A stretch of 64,000 bases of DNA from Basidiobolus meristosporus CBS 931.73. Lineage: Eukaryota; Fungi; Basidiobolomycota. Below are positions 12,175 through 24,924 of this stretch, piece after piece. The DNA lies in the NCBI GenBank assembly GCA_002104905.1, contig MCFE01000100.1, positions 62,001 through 126,000 on the forward strand, given 5' to 3'. Position 1 is the stretch's first letter; each line of letters opens with the position of its first letter. The notes beneath the pieces are model-generated. The model was not told the origin of the DNA. It did not search any database and saw only the letters and a list, made by a program, of their open reading frames with translations. The translations under genes were made by a program, and so were the position numbers.

Positions 12175-15100
12175 AGTCACTTAGATCATTACCTTCAAGT
12201 CCCAAAGAATACTGACCAAATTTCTTGTTGGGATTTACTTAGAATATTTTTGCCAAAATACTTGGTACCCAGAACATGAAATTCTCAAAGTTTTCCAAAC
12301 AGCCCCAGACTATGCGCTCATGTTTTTAAGACCTTCCTTAACATATTCTATGTGTTTTTTATGCCAAGACCATGTAAAAGTATAAAGACTACTTTTGCAT
12401 TCAATAAATCATTGATTGTAAAACACATAATCTGTTTGTCCTCCCAATCACTTCCAATATCTCCAAGACTCTTACAACTGGTTATGAGCCCCAAGCTGTC
12501 TCTCTCTGCAATGTCTACTACTGCTATTACTGGAATTTTTCCCTCTGCTGAAAAGTGGTTGGATCCAACTATCAAGTGTAGAAGGTGAAGATGAAGATGC
12601 TACTACAAGTAAGAGGCTTTTAGGATATTGTTATGGGAGAAAAATGGCCTCCTCACAGCATGGGAGAGGAAGCCTTAAAGTACCGGAAGAAAGAACAAAG
12701 TGCATTTAACTGCATTTGCCTTAATGTTAAAGACAAATTGCTAGTTCAATCCTCAAGAGCAAAAATTGCAAAGAATGCCTGGAAGGCATTAGAAGACACC
12801 AACTGGCCATGTTCAGCTGCTAAGAGAATATATCTGAGACAAAAACTCTTTACTACAAAGATGCAGCCAGGAGAAGAAATGAAAAATCTAATTAACAGAA
12901 TTACCCTGCTGGTAGATGAGATGGAATCTGTGAGCGTACCAACTACTGAAGAGGATGTGATAGTTACCATCCTGAATAGCCTGACAGACAAGTTTCAGAG
13001 CCTTGTATCAGCCTTAGAGTCCAGAACTGAAGATTTGACCTTAAATTACATATATGGAAGGCTCCTGGATGAAGAATTAAAAAAATCAAGTGCCAATAAG
13101 AAGGAAGAAGAAAATGCTTTAATAACCAATGATAACCAACAAAGGAGGTACCTAAGACCCTACAAAAGCAACAGCAACCTGTTTGTAACTACTGCCAAAT
13201 GAAAGGACACACATCAGACTGGTGTCTCAAAAAGAGAGATTATCAGCAAAAGAAGCCTGAATATGGAAATGCAGCAACAACTGAAGATAGACTATTCATA
13301 CCTGCACTAAATATGACCACAAACAAGGCTTCTCAGATATGATATATTGACTCTGGAGCATCTTAACACTTTACACACCAAAAGAACTTTTTACCCAATA
13401 CCAAGAAATTCCCATTAAGAAGGTCTTCATGGGTGACAATAAAACTCTTAATGCAGTGGGAGAAGGAACTATCTAAGTAAACCTAAGAAGCAGTGAAGGA
13501 AGCCATACACTGACCTTTAAAGAAGTACTCTATGTACCAGAAATAACCACAAACCTACTATGTGTAAGCAAGGCCACAGCAGAAGGACTCAGTTTCAGCT
13601 TTGACAAGTCTGGATGCAAGATCACTGATCAAAATGGTGCCCATATTGCATTGGGTATCAGAGATCAGAATCTATACAGGTTGTCTAATATTCCATCATA
13701 TTTGGAAGCCAATACAAGTAACTTAAATGAAGAAACACCAATCCTTTGGTACAGGAGATTTGGGCACATCAAATTTGATTATTTGTGCAAAATGATCAAA
13801 GCACATCTGATTTCTGGAGTAAAAGTTGATCCCCAGCTAATTTGGAGCACTGTGAGGCCTGATTATATGGGAAAGAAGCCAGAAAACTGTTCAAGAGCTC
13901 TGAGTTAATCAAAACTAAGAAAAAATTAGATCTAATTCACTTGGATCTGTGTGAACCTATGCAAAATTTATCCTTAGGCAGGATGAAGTACCTAATCACT
14001 TTGGTTAATGATTATACAAGATCCGTGTGGGCCTACTTCATAGTGAGAAAGGAAGATGCTCTGTCTAAGTTCAGCAAGTTTAAAACCATGGGGAGAGAGA
14101 AACTGGTGAAAAAATCAAGAAAATATGCTCTGACAATGGTGGAGAATATACCTCAAAACTCTTCATCCACTTCTGCATAATTCAGGGGATAAAGCAAAAG
14201 ACTACTGTACCATACTCCCCATAGCAAACTGGAGTAGCAGAATGTGCTAACAGATCAATAATTGATATGTCAAGATCTATGATCCATGATCAAAAGTTAT
14301 CCTATAATTTTTGGGCTGCATCAGTTGCTACAGCTATATACCTTAAGAATAGGAGTTATAGCAGAATACTTTGTGATTCTACTCCATTTGAAGCAGGGTA
14401 TGGATACAGACCAAGTGCAGAAAATCTTAGAATACTGGGTGTACAGCATATGCCAAGAAACTGCCCGGAAATCAGCCAAAATTTTAGCCAAAAGTGCAAA
14501 ATGCATATTTTTGTGGTTACTGCAATATGAGTAAAGCATACAGATTCTACAATAACAAAGCAAAGTAGCTAACCAAGTCCAGGGATGCTTTGTTTGATGA
14601 AAATTCAATATTTTCACAAAAAATGACACTAGATGATGCCAAAAATCTGATCTCAAGTCCACCAATTGTCAGGATTGATTCAGAGCAAAATAATGAAAAT
14701 CATTTCACTCAAGAGGACTCTAAAACTGTGGTTCAGCCAGAATCAGTGCCCAGGAATATCCTAGAAGTGTTCATTTCAGTATCAAAAGCCTGGAGATCCA
14801 ATTGGACAAGATATAGCCCATATTACTATATCAATCAGGGTACAAACTTAACCTATGCCTGTTCAGTCCATATTGATGAGCTCCAGACTGTAAAAGAGGC
14901 CCTAAATAGCCCTCAGACAAAGTTTTGGAGATCTGCTATGACTGAGGAATATCAGGCCCTGATGGAAAATCAAACTTGGGACTCAGTCAAATTACCAATC
15001 AACCAAAAATCAATGGGATGCAGATGGGTCTTCATGACAAAATACAAGGCTGATGGTACAATTGAAAGACACAAAGCAAGACTTGTGGCCAAAGGATAGT

Positions 15101-16590
15101 CTCAAACAAAAGGACTTGACTATATGGAGACCTTTGCACCGGTAGCCAAGTTTAATTCCATCAGATTACTATTGGCTATTGCAGCCAAATATATGTTTTT
15201 TACTCATCAAATGGATGTAAAGCAGCATTTTTTAATGAAGAACTTGATGAGGACATGTATATGGACGAGCCTGATGGGTTTGTTGACCAAGATAACCCCC
15301 ATTTGGTCTGCAAGCTTAAGAAGTTGCTATATGGTCTCAAACAATCACCAAGAGCCTGAAATTGCAAGATAGATTCTTATTTGAAATCTTTGAGTTTGAA
15401 AAGGTGTAATGCTGACTATACTATATCCTGTAAGCCGGATAGAGCAAATCCAGCTCTATTAGCTCTATATGTGGATAATCTTATAATAGCCATCAACATC
15501 CTAAAAACATTGAAAGAGACTAAATCCAGTCAATCTAAGGAGTTCAAGAGGTCCAATCTAGGAGAACTCAGTTCTAAGTTTCTCAAAATTGACAACTCAT
15601 AATATCTCTGTTTTTTGCTGATGGACAGGCAAGCAAACAGGCTCTCCAGGAGGAGACTAGACAAACTAGCATCCATACCAAATTTGGTAATTAGCTGCCC
15701 ATCACTTCCATCAAAAATTGCATTTGAAATTTTGAGCCCAAAACACCAGCTGAATACCAGCAAAATATCATTAGAATATCAGCAGAATACCAGCTAAAAA
15801 TCAGATGAATTCCAAGTTTAAGATTTCTCATAGAGAAGATACACCTACAAGGAATCAGAACAAGGTCTTGAAGAATAATCTGATACATCCTACCTCAGGG
15901 GCAGAGTAAATAGTAGCTTGTGAATCTACAAAAGAAGTAATGTGGTTAACAAACTTCTTTAAAGATCTAGGCTTATGTCAAAAAGCCTATTACTTTATTC
16001 AAGGATAATCAAGTATATATATAGTTAGGTAGAAAACCAAATTTTCATGCTAGAACTAAGCACATAGATATTAGTGATCATTTCATACATAAAGCTATAG
16101 GGAATAACTCAATTAAATTGGATTATTGCCCCAGAGATGAAATGATTTCAGACATATTTGCCAAACCATCAGCTGAAGACAAATTTGAGTTTCTTAGGTC
16201 AAAATAGGACCAGTTGGTATGAGCATATAGTTGAGTGGGAATGCTGTAATAATTTTTAATTGATCTAAATACTCATCAAACATAGCCGCTTAGACCATTA
16301 CCTACCTATCCTAGCAAATAACTGACCAAATTCCATGTCAGGATTTATTTCAAATATATTCACCAAAATATCAGGAACCTAAAACATCAAGATTCTCAGA
16401 GTTATTCAAAGAGTATCACCCCTGGAACACTTGTTTTTAGGACCTTCCTAAACCTATTCTACATGTTTGTTATGCCAAGACTATGTAAAGATACAGATAC
16501 TACTTTTGCATTCAATAATTTGTTAATTGTAAACCACATAATCTACTTGTTGTTCCAGTCACTTCTAATATCCCCAGTACTCTTACAACA
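12175..16590 (+). mobile_element. Copia family A element: 5'-truncated 5' LTR (12175-12479), PBS 12480, degenerate gag-pol, internal replacement 15574-15900, PPT, degenerate 3' LTR (16242-16590)
   Basis: GGTTATGAGCCCC follows the LTR. ORF pieces: gag 12633-13202, integrase 13941-14530, RT 14590-15602. GAGTGGGAA PPT precedes TGCTG; the LTR ends TTACAACA. Confidence 0.9.
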
Positions 16591-17447
16591 GAGAGTATAT
16601 TATATACTTTTTGGCAATATGGATGCCAAGAGATATTGGCTCATGTTGAATGAATTTTTATGCTTTCTGACAGGATATTACCAATTGGTCATCATATCTA
16701 AGCACATATTATTATCTGCAGAGGAGATACTCCAGCCATCAGCAAATTAGCCAGCTTTTCTGGGCACAATGAATGGTGTTGCTGTCAAATGTGTGAAATC
16801 CAGGGGATATACTTCATAATGCCCACACATTGTTATTATCCAAACACCAACACTAAGAGGTTCATCTTCCCACAGAGAGGACATACAGAAGTCAGCATGC
16901 AATTGCAGCAATGTTGGCAAGCTAAATCTCATTGGTGAGAAAGTGGAAATAATTGAAAACCAGAGATATTTGAGATACAGGGTGTCTGTTGGAACAATAG
17001 CTCTCCACTGGGAGCAATGCATTTGTTTTTCAACAATATCTCTATACTAATGAGCAAGTTGTATACAGGGGAGCTCAAGCTGAATGAGCCCTTTGAGATA
17101 CCAGAGAAAGTTGAAAGAAGGGCAAGATATTACTGAGTATCTGCTGCCCAAAGTACTTCTCATGGCATTGATAAATATTTCTGCATATGCAACAATACAA
17201 ATGCAAAGACTGGATGAGCTGGATATGCATTTATCAGGTGGCCTTCTGAAGCCATCTCTACTAAGAGTATACTGGAAGCCTTGGGAGTTGTAGGCTGATA
17301 TTTTAGGAATATTTATCCAGCAGCAGATCCCCAATGCCAACTTGATGCCTCTAGTACCTGTCTGCAAGGAGTTTGTGACAGGATTTGGACAGCTATGCCG
17401 CTGTTCTACAGGAAATTTGCACTGGGAAATAAGGTTAAATATACACT
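16591..17447 (+). pseudogene. CACTA/EnSpm (tnp2-type) transposase remnant
   Basis: Translates around 16720-16815 to GDTPAISKLASFSGHNEWCCCQMCEIQGIY, the GD.PA...GH.G..CR.C motif of fungal tnp2-like transposases. Homologous to 39064-40350. Confidence 0.7.
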
Positions 17448-18179
17448 AGACTTGTTCTGTTGGATAGTGCCACATTGAGCCATCAGTGCCAAATGATGAC
17501 ATAGTGTGCCAGAGAGGCCAGGTGAGCCTATAGTTGGCCACAGAGTGTGAAACATAGATCTGCATCTTCATGCAAAGCAGCCCCTGTGTTTCACCAATTG
17601 TGTTGGAGAAAATCCATTTTTTGACCTTTTTTTTAGGTCAATGTTGTGCAGGATGTGTAAGAGCATAGAAGGACTGAAGACATGCATCAGGTACTCAATA
17701 CCCATGGCACTCTGAATCTAGCTCCTGTGGCTTGCAACATGTCACAACAATGCATGGCACTATCTTGGCCCACTGGTACTATCTGGCACTATAAGTGCTT
17801 TGTATAAATCTTACTTTAGGGCTAATAATTAAATATAGTGCCAGATAGTACCAGTGGACCAAGATAGTGCCATGCATTATTGCAACATGTTGCAAGCCAC
17901 AGGAGCTAGATTCAGAGTGCCATGGGTATTGAGTACCTGATGCATGTCTTCAGTCCTTCTTTGCTCTTTCACATCCTGCTTAACATTGAACCACAAAAAA
18001 TGTCAAAAAATGGATTTTCTCCTGTGTCATGGGTGAAACACAGGAGCTGCTTTGCATTAAGATGCAGATCCATGTTTCACACTCTGTGGCCAAGTATAGG
18101 CTCACCTGGCCTTTCTGGCACACTATGTCATCATTTGGCACTCATGGCTCAATGTGGCACTATCCAACAGAACAAGTCT
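17448..18179. mobile_element. 732 bp foldback MITE, second copy (loop 17794-17833)
   Basis: TIR AGACTTGTTC/GAACAAGTCT, flanks ACT/ATT. Same loop sequence as 8798-8837; long inverted arms. Confidence 0.95.
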
Positions 18180-18420
18180 ATTGGCCAAATACAAAAAGTT
18201 CATTGTGGATATTCAGGAGGTGCTTATGGCAATAATGGCAGCAACCTAGCATAGGCTTGCAATACCTATATGCCACCAGCAATACAAAACATATGGCAAC
18301 TTTGCAAGTACCACTCTGAAAAGCTGTAGAGTGAAGGTGGTAGAAGCTTGTCAGCTGTAGCAGGTGTGCATGTATTTGAAGGCTATAAGCAAGAAGCCAA
18401 ATTTTTTGTATATGAACCAT

Positions 18421-19060
18421 GGACTTGATCCAATGGATGGTGCCATATTGAGCTGAGTGCAAAAAAGTGCCAAGTATACCAGAGAAGCATAGCCAACCTA
18501 TACTTGGCCACACAACATGAAGCAAACTTCATCTTCATGTAAAGCAGCCTATGTGTCTTGCCCACTGTGCTGAAGAGAATCCATTTTTTGACCTGTTTTT
18601 TGGGATCAATGCTGTCCATGACACAAAAATGCACAGTAGAACTGATTACATGCATTTGGTGTACAATACCCATGGGACTCTGAATTTAGCTTCAAAGGTT
18701 TGTATCATACTGCAAAAATGCATGGCACCATCTGGGTACTATATATATGTAATTAGCAGTCTTAGTGTAAAGTTATATGAAGAGCACTTATAGCGCCAAT
18801 AATACATGCAGACCAAGACAGTGTGATGCATTTTGCAACATACTCCAAACTCTTGAGCTAGATTCAGGGTGCCATAAATATTGCACACCAAATGCATGCC
18901 TTCAGTCCTTCTGAGCTTGTCCACACCATGCACAACATTGATCCCAGCAAAAAGGTCAGAATTGGATTTTCCTCAGCATAGAGAGTGGAATGTACGGGCT
19001 GCTCTGCAAGCTTATGACTTTGTTTGACAATATATTGAGCTAGGCACTGTTGCAGTTTGT
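18421..19060. mobile_element. Older diverged foldback MITE copy
   Basis: Starts GGACTTGATCC and follows the foldback arm sequence. Inverted arms around a loop remnant near 18750-18790. Right terminus not recognisable. Confidence 0.7.
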
Positions 19061-19369
19061 TTGTGCAGGGATCAGCACACCTGCCATCCACATGTTCTCT
19101 ATATAGCTCTCACTATACACTTATCTATATTGGACTTTTCTGCTGGAAAATGTAGCATTAAGCCATGATTGCCAAATGATGCCATAGTGTGCTAGGGCAG
19201 TCAAGTGGACATGTACTTGGCCACAAAGTGTGAAACATGTTCTTCATCTACACGCAAAGCAGCCCCTGTGTTTCACCTGCAGTGTTGCAGAAGATTTGTT
19301 TTTGAACTTCTTTTTGGATTGATATTGTGCAGGATGTGTAAGAGGACTCAAGGACTGCACAAGTGCATC

Positions 19370-19737
19370 TGTTATTATCTGCCGCTTGAATGTTTAAGTT
19401 AGATCAGTTTTTAGTCTAATCAATTAGTATATGTTTAGGTTATCAGTATATCAGTATTATCTATGAAATCTGTAGCATTAGTCAGCAAATGAATCAGCAG
19501 ATCCTTATCAGACAGAAATAGATATATTAAGTAGGATCTTATTGGGTGATTATGATGCAATCAAATGAGTCATCAGCCACAACCTACATTAGGAAATACA
19601 ATTAGTCAGCAATTGATCTGGCAAAATGTATATAAGGAGCTGCTGGAACCTCAATAAAAATCAGTTCAAGTTTTAGTGAATACAATACTAGCTAAACTCC
19701 CTATTCCTCTACAACTCTTGTACCAAGACTTGTAACA
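19370..19737. mobile_element. Solo LTR of an otherwise unrepresented family (368 bp), 4 bp TSD CATC
   Basis: TGTTA...TAACA termini. CATC at 19366-19369 and 19738-19741. Removing it restores the foldback arm sequence gcatc-a(g)gtact. Confidence 0.85.
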
Positions 19738-19765
19738 CATCAAGTACTTAATACCCATGGCACTC

Positions 19766-19768
<3 letters not shown>

Positions 19769-19798
<30 letters not shown>
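19769..19798. repeat. (AT)15 microsatellite
   Basis: Perfect dinucleotide run at the junction of two foldback arm fragments. Confidence 0.95.
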
Positions 19799-19801
<3 letters not shown>

Positions 19802-20559
19802 AAACATAGCTCTTGATCTTCATGCAAAGCAGCCTCTATGTTTTACTCATTGTGCTGGAGAAAATCCATCTTTTAACCTATTTTTTGGATCCATGTTGTG
19901 TAAGATGGGTACAAGCACAAAGAGACTGAAGACATGAATCCAATACTCAATGCTCATGGCACTGTGAACATAGCTCCTATGGCTTGTGTTAGGTTGCAAA
20001 AATGCATGGTACTATCTGGCACTATATCTAAGTTTTAGTCAAAAGTAAAACCTATACAAAGCACTTATTGTGCCAGATAGTAGCAGTGGACCATGATGGT
20101 GCCATGCATTTGTGTGACATGATACAAGCCACCGGAGCTAGGTTCAGAGTGCCATGGGTAATGAGTACCAGCTGCATGTCTTCAATCCTTTAGTGCTTTT
20201 ACACATCCTGTACAAAATTGATCCAAAATAAGGTCAAAAAATGGATTTTCTACCGTATAATGAGTGAGACACAGGGGCTGCTTTACAGGAATATGAAGAG
20301 TTATGTTTCACACTGTGTGGTCAATTTTAGATCTTCTATGCTGCTCTGGCACACAATGGCACTACTTGATGCTCATTGCACAATATGGCACCATCCAACA
20401 CAGCAAGTCTGTAAGTTTCAGTCCCATAGAATATTCACTGTAATTGGTTATCAGCATAAGTAGCTCCAAGTGCTATTCAACTTTGTGATTAACAGATTCA
20501 ACTCTATTAAGCATGTATCCACAACCATGCACATGACACATGACCTGTGTCTTGATTAC

Positions 20560-20900
20560 TGTCACTATCATTTCAACAACATAGATTGTATCTCTATGTC
20601 ACACAAATTGAATACTACCAATGCTGAATGAGTTGCATGTTCTGTGCCTACAAGTACCTTCCAGGACCTTTGTAGAGTACTTTTAACTCACGGCAATGTC
20701 ATCAAAAAATCTATTGATGCCTAGTATTTTCCACAACTCTGTCATTACTAATCACCTGGCAATTAGGAAAACTCTTGAAGTGAAGTCAATCCCTCACCAA
20801 TGAATCAACCCTTCAATTGGTAGCACTTTCCCCTTACTGATTAGCAACTGATCACTGCACATACCTTCAACTGTCACACCTCAGACCTGACATCAAGGAG
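20560..20900 (+). repeat. Diverged fragment related to the 1071 bp gypsy LTR family
   Basis: tgaatgagttgcatgttctgtgcc...ccttccaggacc...actgatcactgc resembles 42090-42330 and the reverse complement of 46080-46400. Confidence 0.55.
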
Positions 20901-22899
20901 CTTTTAAAGATAGTGCAAAAGACCCAAAGAGGCCTTTGAAGTCACTTCAGCAAATGGAAAACATGTGAAGCAGGAGCCTCTACTTGAGTGACTGATTAAT
21001 GCTGACACCTGTTATGAATAGAGCTAAGCAAGGTAGGACTAGGAGAGTATGTAGGAATGGATCAACTGGCAAGGCTGCTATTGCAAGACCTGTGTTTATT
21101 AGACCAAAGAATACATAAAAGGAGAAAGGTTTATGTATGCCACTTGGTAATATGGATGTCAAGAGACATTGGCTTATGCTGATGGAGCCTGTGATTATGC
21201 ACAGTGAGTGTACAAAAATAGAGATAGATGAAAGAACAGACTAGTATAGCACATGGGGAAATGCAAGAGGTCAGGTCATCACAAGACTTAGTCATGTGCC
21301 ATGTGATTAATTTGTGCTATTGTTCACTGATTCACATACATCCTGGTCTGCAGCAATATCTGCAAGGTCTAGCACCTCATTTGCTATTCCTCAAACACTG
21401 AGAAGAAATTTAAAGACAAGGCCAGCATAACAGTGTCACATTGTCAGGTTGATGCCATGTCTGTCAGATCTTAGAGCTCTGAATATCCCAAGTACTGTCT
21501 ATTGGGAAGGAAAGCAGACTTGGTTTTCATAGGAATACTAGGCTAGTTTGAAATTTTATAGAGTATACAAGTGAGCTGCTCACATGATCCATCAAAGATT
21601 GAATCTAAAAATTTGAAGGTATGGCACCAGCTGAATTATGGTAAGATGCTATAAAAATAACAGCACAAGACCAGCTGCAAGTCAGATCAGCTTCAAGTTG
21701 GGCCTTTCTCACAGAGTTGCATTGCTTGTCAGCAGGATCTCCAATCTGCAATCAATGCAAGGTATGGAGGCTGTGGTAGCCACATTGTGTTTCTCTGCAA
21801 GCTCATCTAGCCCACCGGAGTGCTGCCCAACTAGGTGTGCTTCAAGCTCTGTTGAAAGCTGCAGTTGTCATTTTAGTAATTCCTTTTGGTTATACTTGGA
21901 TTCAGAGTGCTATTAGTGAACAGCAACATTTGGGAGAACTGCAACTTTCCCATCAACAATTTCATGCTTAGAAAGACATGCATTTTTTCCCTTCCCTGAA
22001 TCTTTGCCTCTGCCTTATTCATTGGAGCTATTTTGCTAGTGCTTCATGTGCCATTCTACACTTTTTTCTTAGTATATACCTCACTTGTGAAGCTTTTGTG
22101 CATATTTTTCCCTACCCAAACCTTCTTGAGGAAATCTATATTTCCTGACTTCTGTAGTAAATCTACAGGCCCTGATGGTGACAGGTTCTGGAGGAAGCTG
22201 CTGGCTTGTAGGCATGGCACCCTTGTACTTGTGTCTTTTGTAGTCTCCAAGATTTTTGAGATACACTCTTGGCACACTTTTGCTGGTTCTGAATTCATGA
22301 ACAGGTTGAAACCCCAGACTATGCTCAGGGAGCATACCAAGCACAGCCCCCACGTGGCCCTGGGTCCTATAAATTGTGTGGTATGTAAGCCTTTAGAAGG
22401 TTATATAGCTGAACTCTTACAAGCTCATGAATATGAGCCTGCTAATCATGGCCGTAATCAACAGCTGGGCAGATCTTCATGACTTTTGGTTCTTGAGCTT
22501 TCATATTGATATAACAGTCTTGGATAACCATGCTGTGACAAGTTTTTCTGCAGGCTTTATATTTAAGCATAAGGGTTTTGCTTAAAGGTTATATGGCATC
22601 TTTCTGCTACTTTGCTGTGAGACCAATGAACACTGGTATGTTACACCAAGCAACTTAAGTACCTTCTTTGCAGTCAAGATAGTAAATTCCTTGCCTGTAA
22701 TGGTGATACACTACAAGCGTATCTGATCATGCAATCTCTGTGCTTTTCTTAAGCTTTTTGGCCTATTACATCTATCCTATCAGCCACAATACCTAATTAC
22801 CTCAATATATTTAGCAACAGGCTGATGACTAGCTTGCAAACATAAGTGGGGGTGATGTCATGATGACCATTTGCTTGTCCTGCACTGGAGGTACTGCAT

Positions 22900-24880
22900 T
22901 TTCTTTATTCTAATTTGCCTGAGCAATATGGTCAATTTGCAGCTCCACAGATATTCTCAGTTGCCTACTAGACTGAGAGCCTGAAGAGTCAGCATTATTA
23001 TCTTGAGTGGATACCACTTGATTCACTGAATGTCAAAGCAATCTGTTCAGGGTTTTCAGCTGATGTATGCAGTGAGGTTTGGTTGGGATCCAGACAACTG
23101 CGCTTTATCCTTTGGCAGCATATATATTGATGTGAGTCAAAATAAAGGAGAAATGTTGTCCCACATTTGTACATGTATGGTGCCAAAGCTACATTTTCAA
23201 TGCCAACCATGGTGTTTTAACATTGATTCTTACATGCATGTAGGCACAATGGCTGAAATACAAAACTGTCTTGAATGCATGTTGAATTCAAAAAAGTGAT
23301 ACAAGAGTGAAGCAGACTTGGAGTTAATCATCCATTATAATTAATGGGGGCTTAAGGACCTACTGCTACTTTCTGCAAAGTCAATCCTGGGATTTAGCTT
23401 ACTGTGCACATGGTAAAAATGAACAACATTATGGCACTGGTGCATATGACCCAGAAACCATTCAGATGTCAGCAGGTGCTGACAGTTGAGTAGTGTGCAT
23501 ATCAGAACTGCCACCAATGCAAGGTTTTCAGCTTGTCAGGAATCCACCACCATAGGTGCAAAAGATTACTTACACTCCAGATGTATTTCTTCAATACCCC
23601 ATATAAGGAAGCTCATACAACCTAACAAATATTGTAAAGCTATAGACAATAACATTCAGCATCAGCAAAACCAGCATATCTGATTTCTTTGATTGTAAGC
23701 ATTGCATCTAACTTGGAAGCAAGGGCTGCCATGAAAGTATGTACAACCATACATTTGCCTTGGCACTCTATAGACTCTTATTAGTCAAGTACTTTGCAGG
23801 CACTTCCAACTGACCACTGATTCATTTTTAGCAGAATTTGACATCAATCTTGCAACCCTTACCAATGCCTGAAAACTCTAAAAGAGTTGGCAAAATATTA
23901 TAGAGTAACTGCATGCCAAATTACTCCAATGAGCTCCACCCAAAGTTCATATGCCTATGTAACAACACTAATGGGGACTGGATGAGCTGGATAAGTATTT
24001 ATTGAAGTAACCATCTGATGCTAACTCTATTCAAAGAACACCAAAAGTATTGGCCAAATTGCAGGCTTCACACTAAAAAGCCATAATGTTGAGGAGATAG
24101 AAGTGTTCTAACTGCAGTGGGTGGATGCATATGTTGGGGTTAGTAGGCAAGAGGCCATATGCTGATGAATCAAGCTGTTTGAGAAATACCCATGGCACTG
24201 GTGAGTAAGTAAATAAATAAGGACATCTCTACAGCACAATCTCTGAATGATTCAAGGGGATATACAATTGTTTGCTGACTACTATATGCTCTTTCCTCAG
24301 GAAGATGATGTTCTTAGTATTTGTGTTTGGGTAATAATCTAGTGTGTGAGTTATGGAGTACATTCCTGGGCTCTCACACATCTATCAGTAATGCCATCCA
24401 TTGTGCCCAGAAAGCTAGCTATCTTGCTGATAGCTAGGGTATCTCCAATGCAGATAATGATATGTGCTATGACATGATGGCTATTTACTGTTATCCTGCT
24501 AGAAAGCATACAAATTCATCCAACAATGGGTACAGGTAGCTATCTAGGTTGGATGGCAATTTTGGCACAGATTCTAGTGAGACAACCATCAGATTATTGC
24601 TCTGATACCATAAGATGGGTGGCAGATTTAGATTGATTAGAATCAATGGCCAGCAGGATATGCAGGTAGAGTACTTGGTGTGTAAGAATCCATCAAGTGT
24701 CAAGGCAAAGGCATGCTCATGGATACTTTCAAAGTATCCCTTGCTTCTTTGCTGTTTGTAATGGTTGCCATCAATACATTGGAAATATTTGTGCTTGATT
24801 GATACTAAGTGCAGTACCTTGTAGCATCATAATATTTGTCAGACTGCATGAGCTTCTTCAGGTGGTTTATTATGGGATTA
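22900..24880. pseudogene. CACTA/EnSpm transposase remnants (N-terminal part on +, ~23000-23700; core fragment on -, ~24300-24800)
   Basis: Minus frame 24491-24703 reads WPLILINLNLPP...LPSNLDSYLYPLLDEF, typical of fungal tnp2 transposases. 23486-23683 is homologous to 38620-38780. Confidence 0.6.
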
Positions 24881-24924
24881 GTACCAGAGTGTAAATAGTT
24901 TTTTCCCCCAATGCTGGTGAATTA

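Larger units (their letters stand above)
19130..20410. mobile_element. Rearranged diverged foldback MITE pieces, interrupted by a solo LTR and a (TA)n tract
   Basis: Arm homology at 19130-19369, 19738-19768 and 19799-20410. Ends CAGCAAGTCT. The loop at ~20025-20070 is in the reverse orientation relative to the 8451 copy. Confidence 0.75.

Noticed and set aside
20900-22900. Several 90-150 aa ORFs in CpG-poor sequence (21638-22482)
   Set aside because: No domain recognised; probably degraded repeat DNA, since part matches the repeat at 37370-37500 and 47140-47330.
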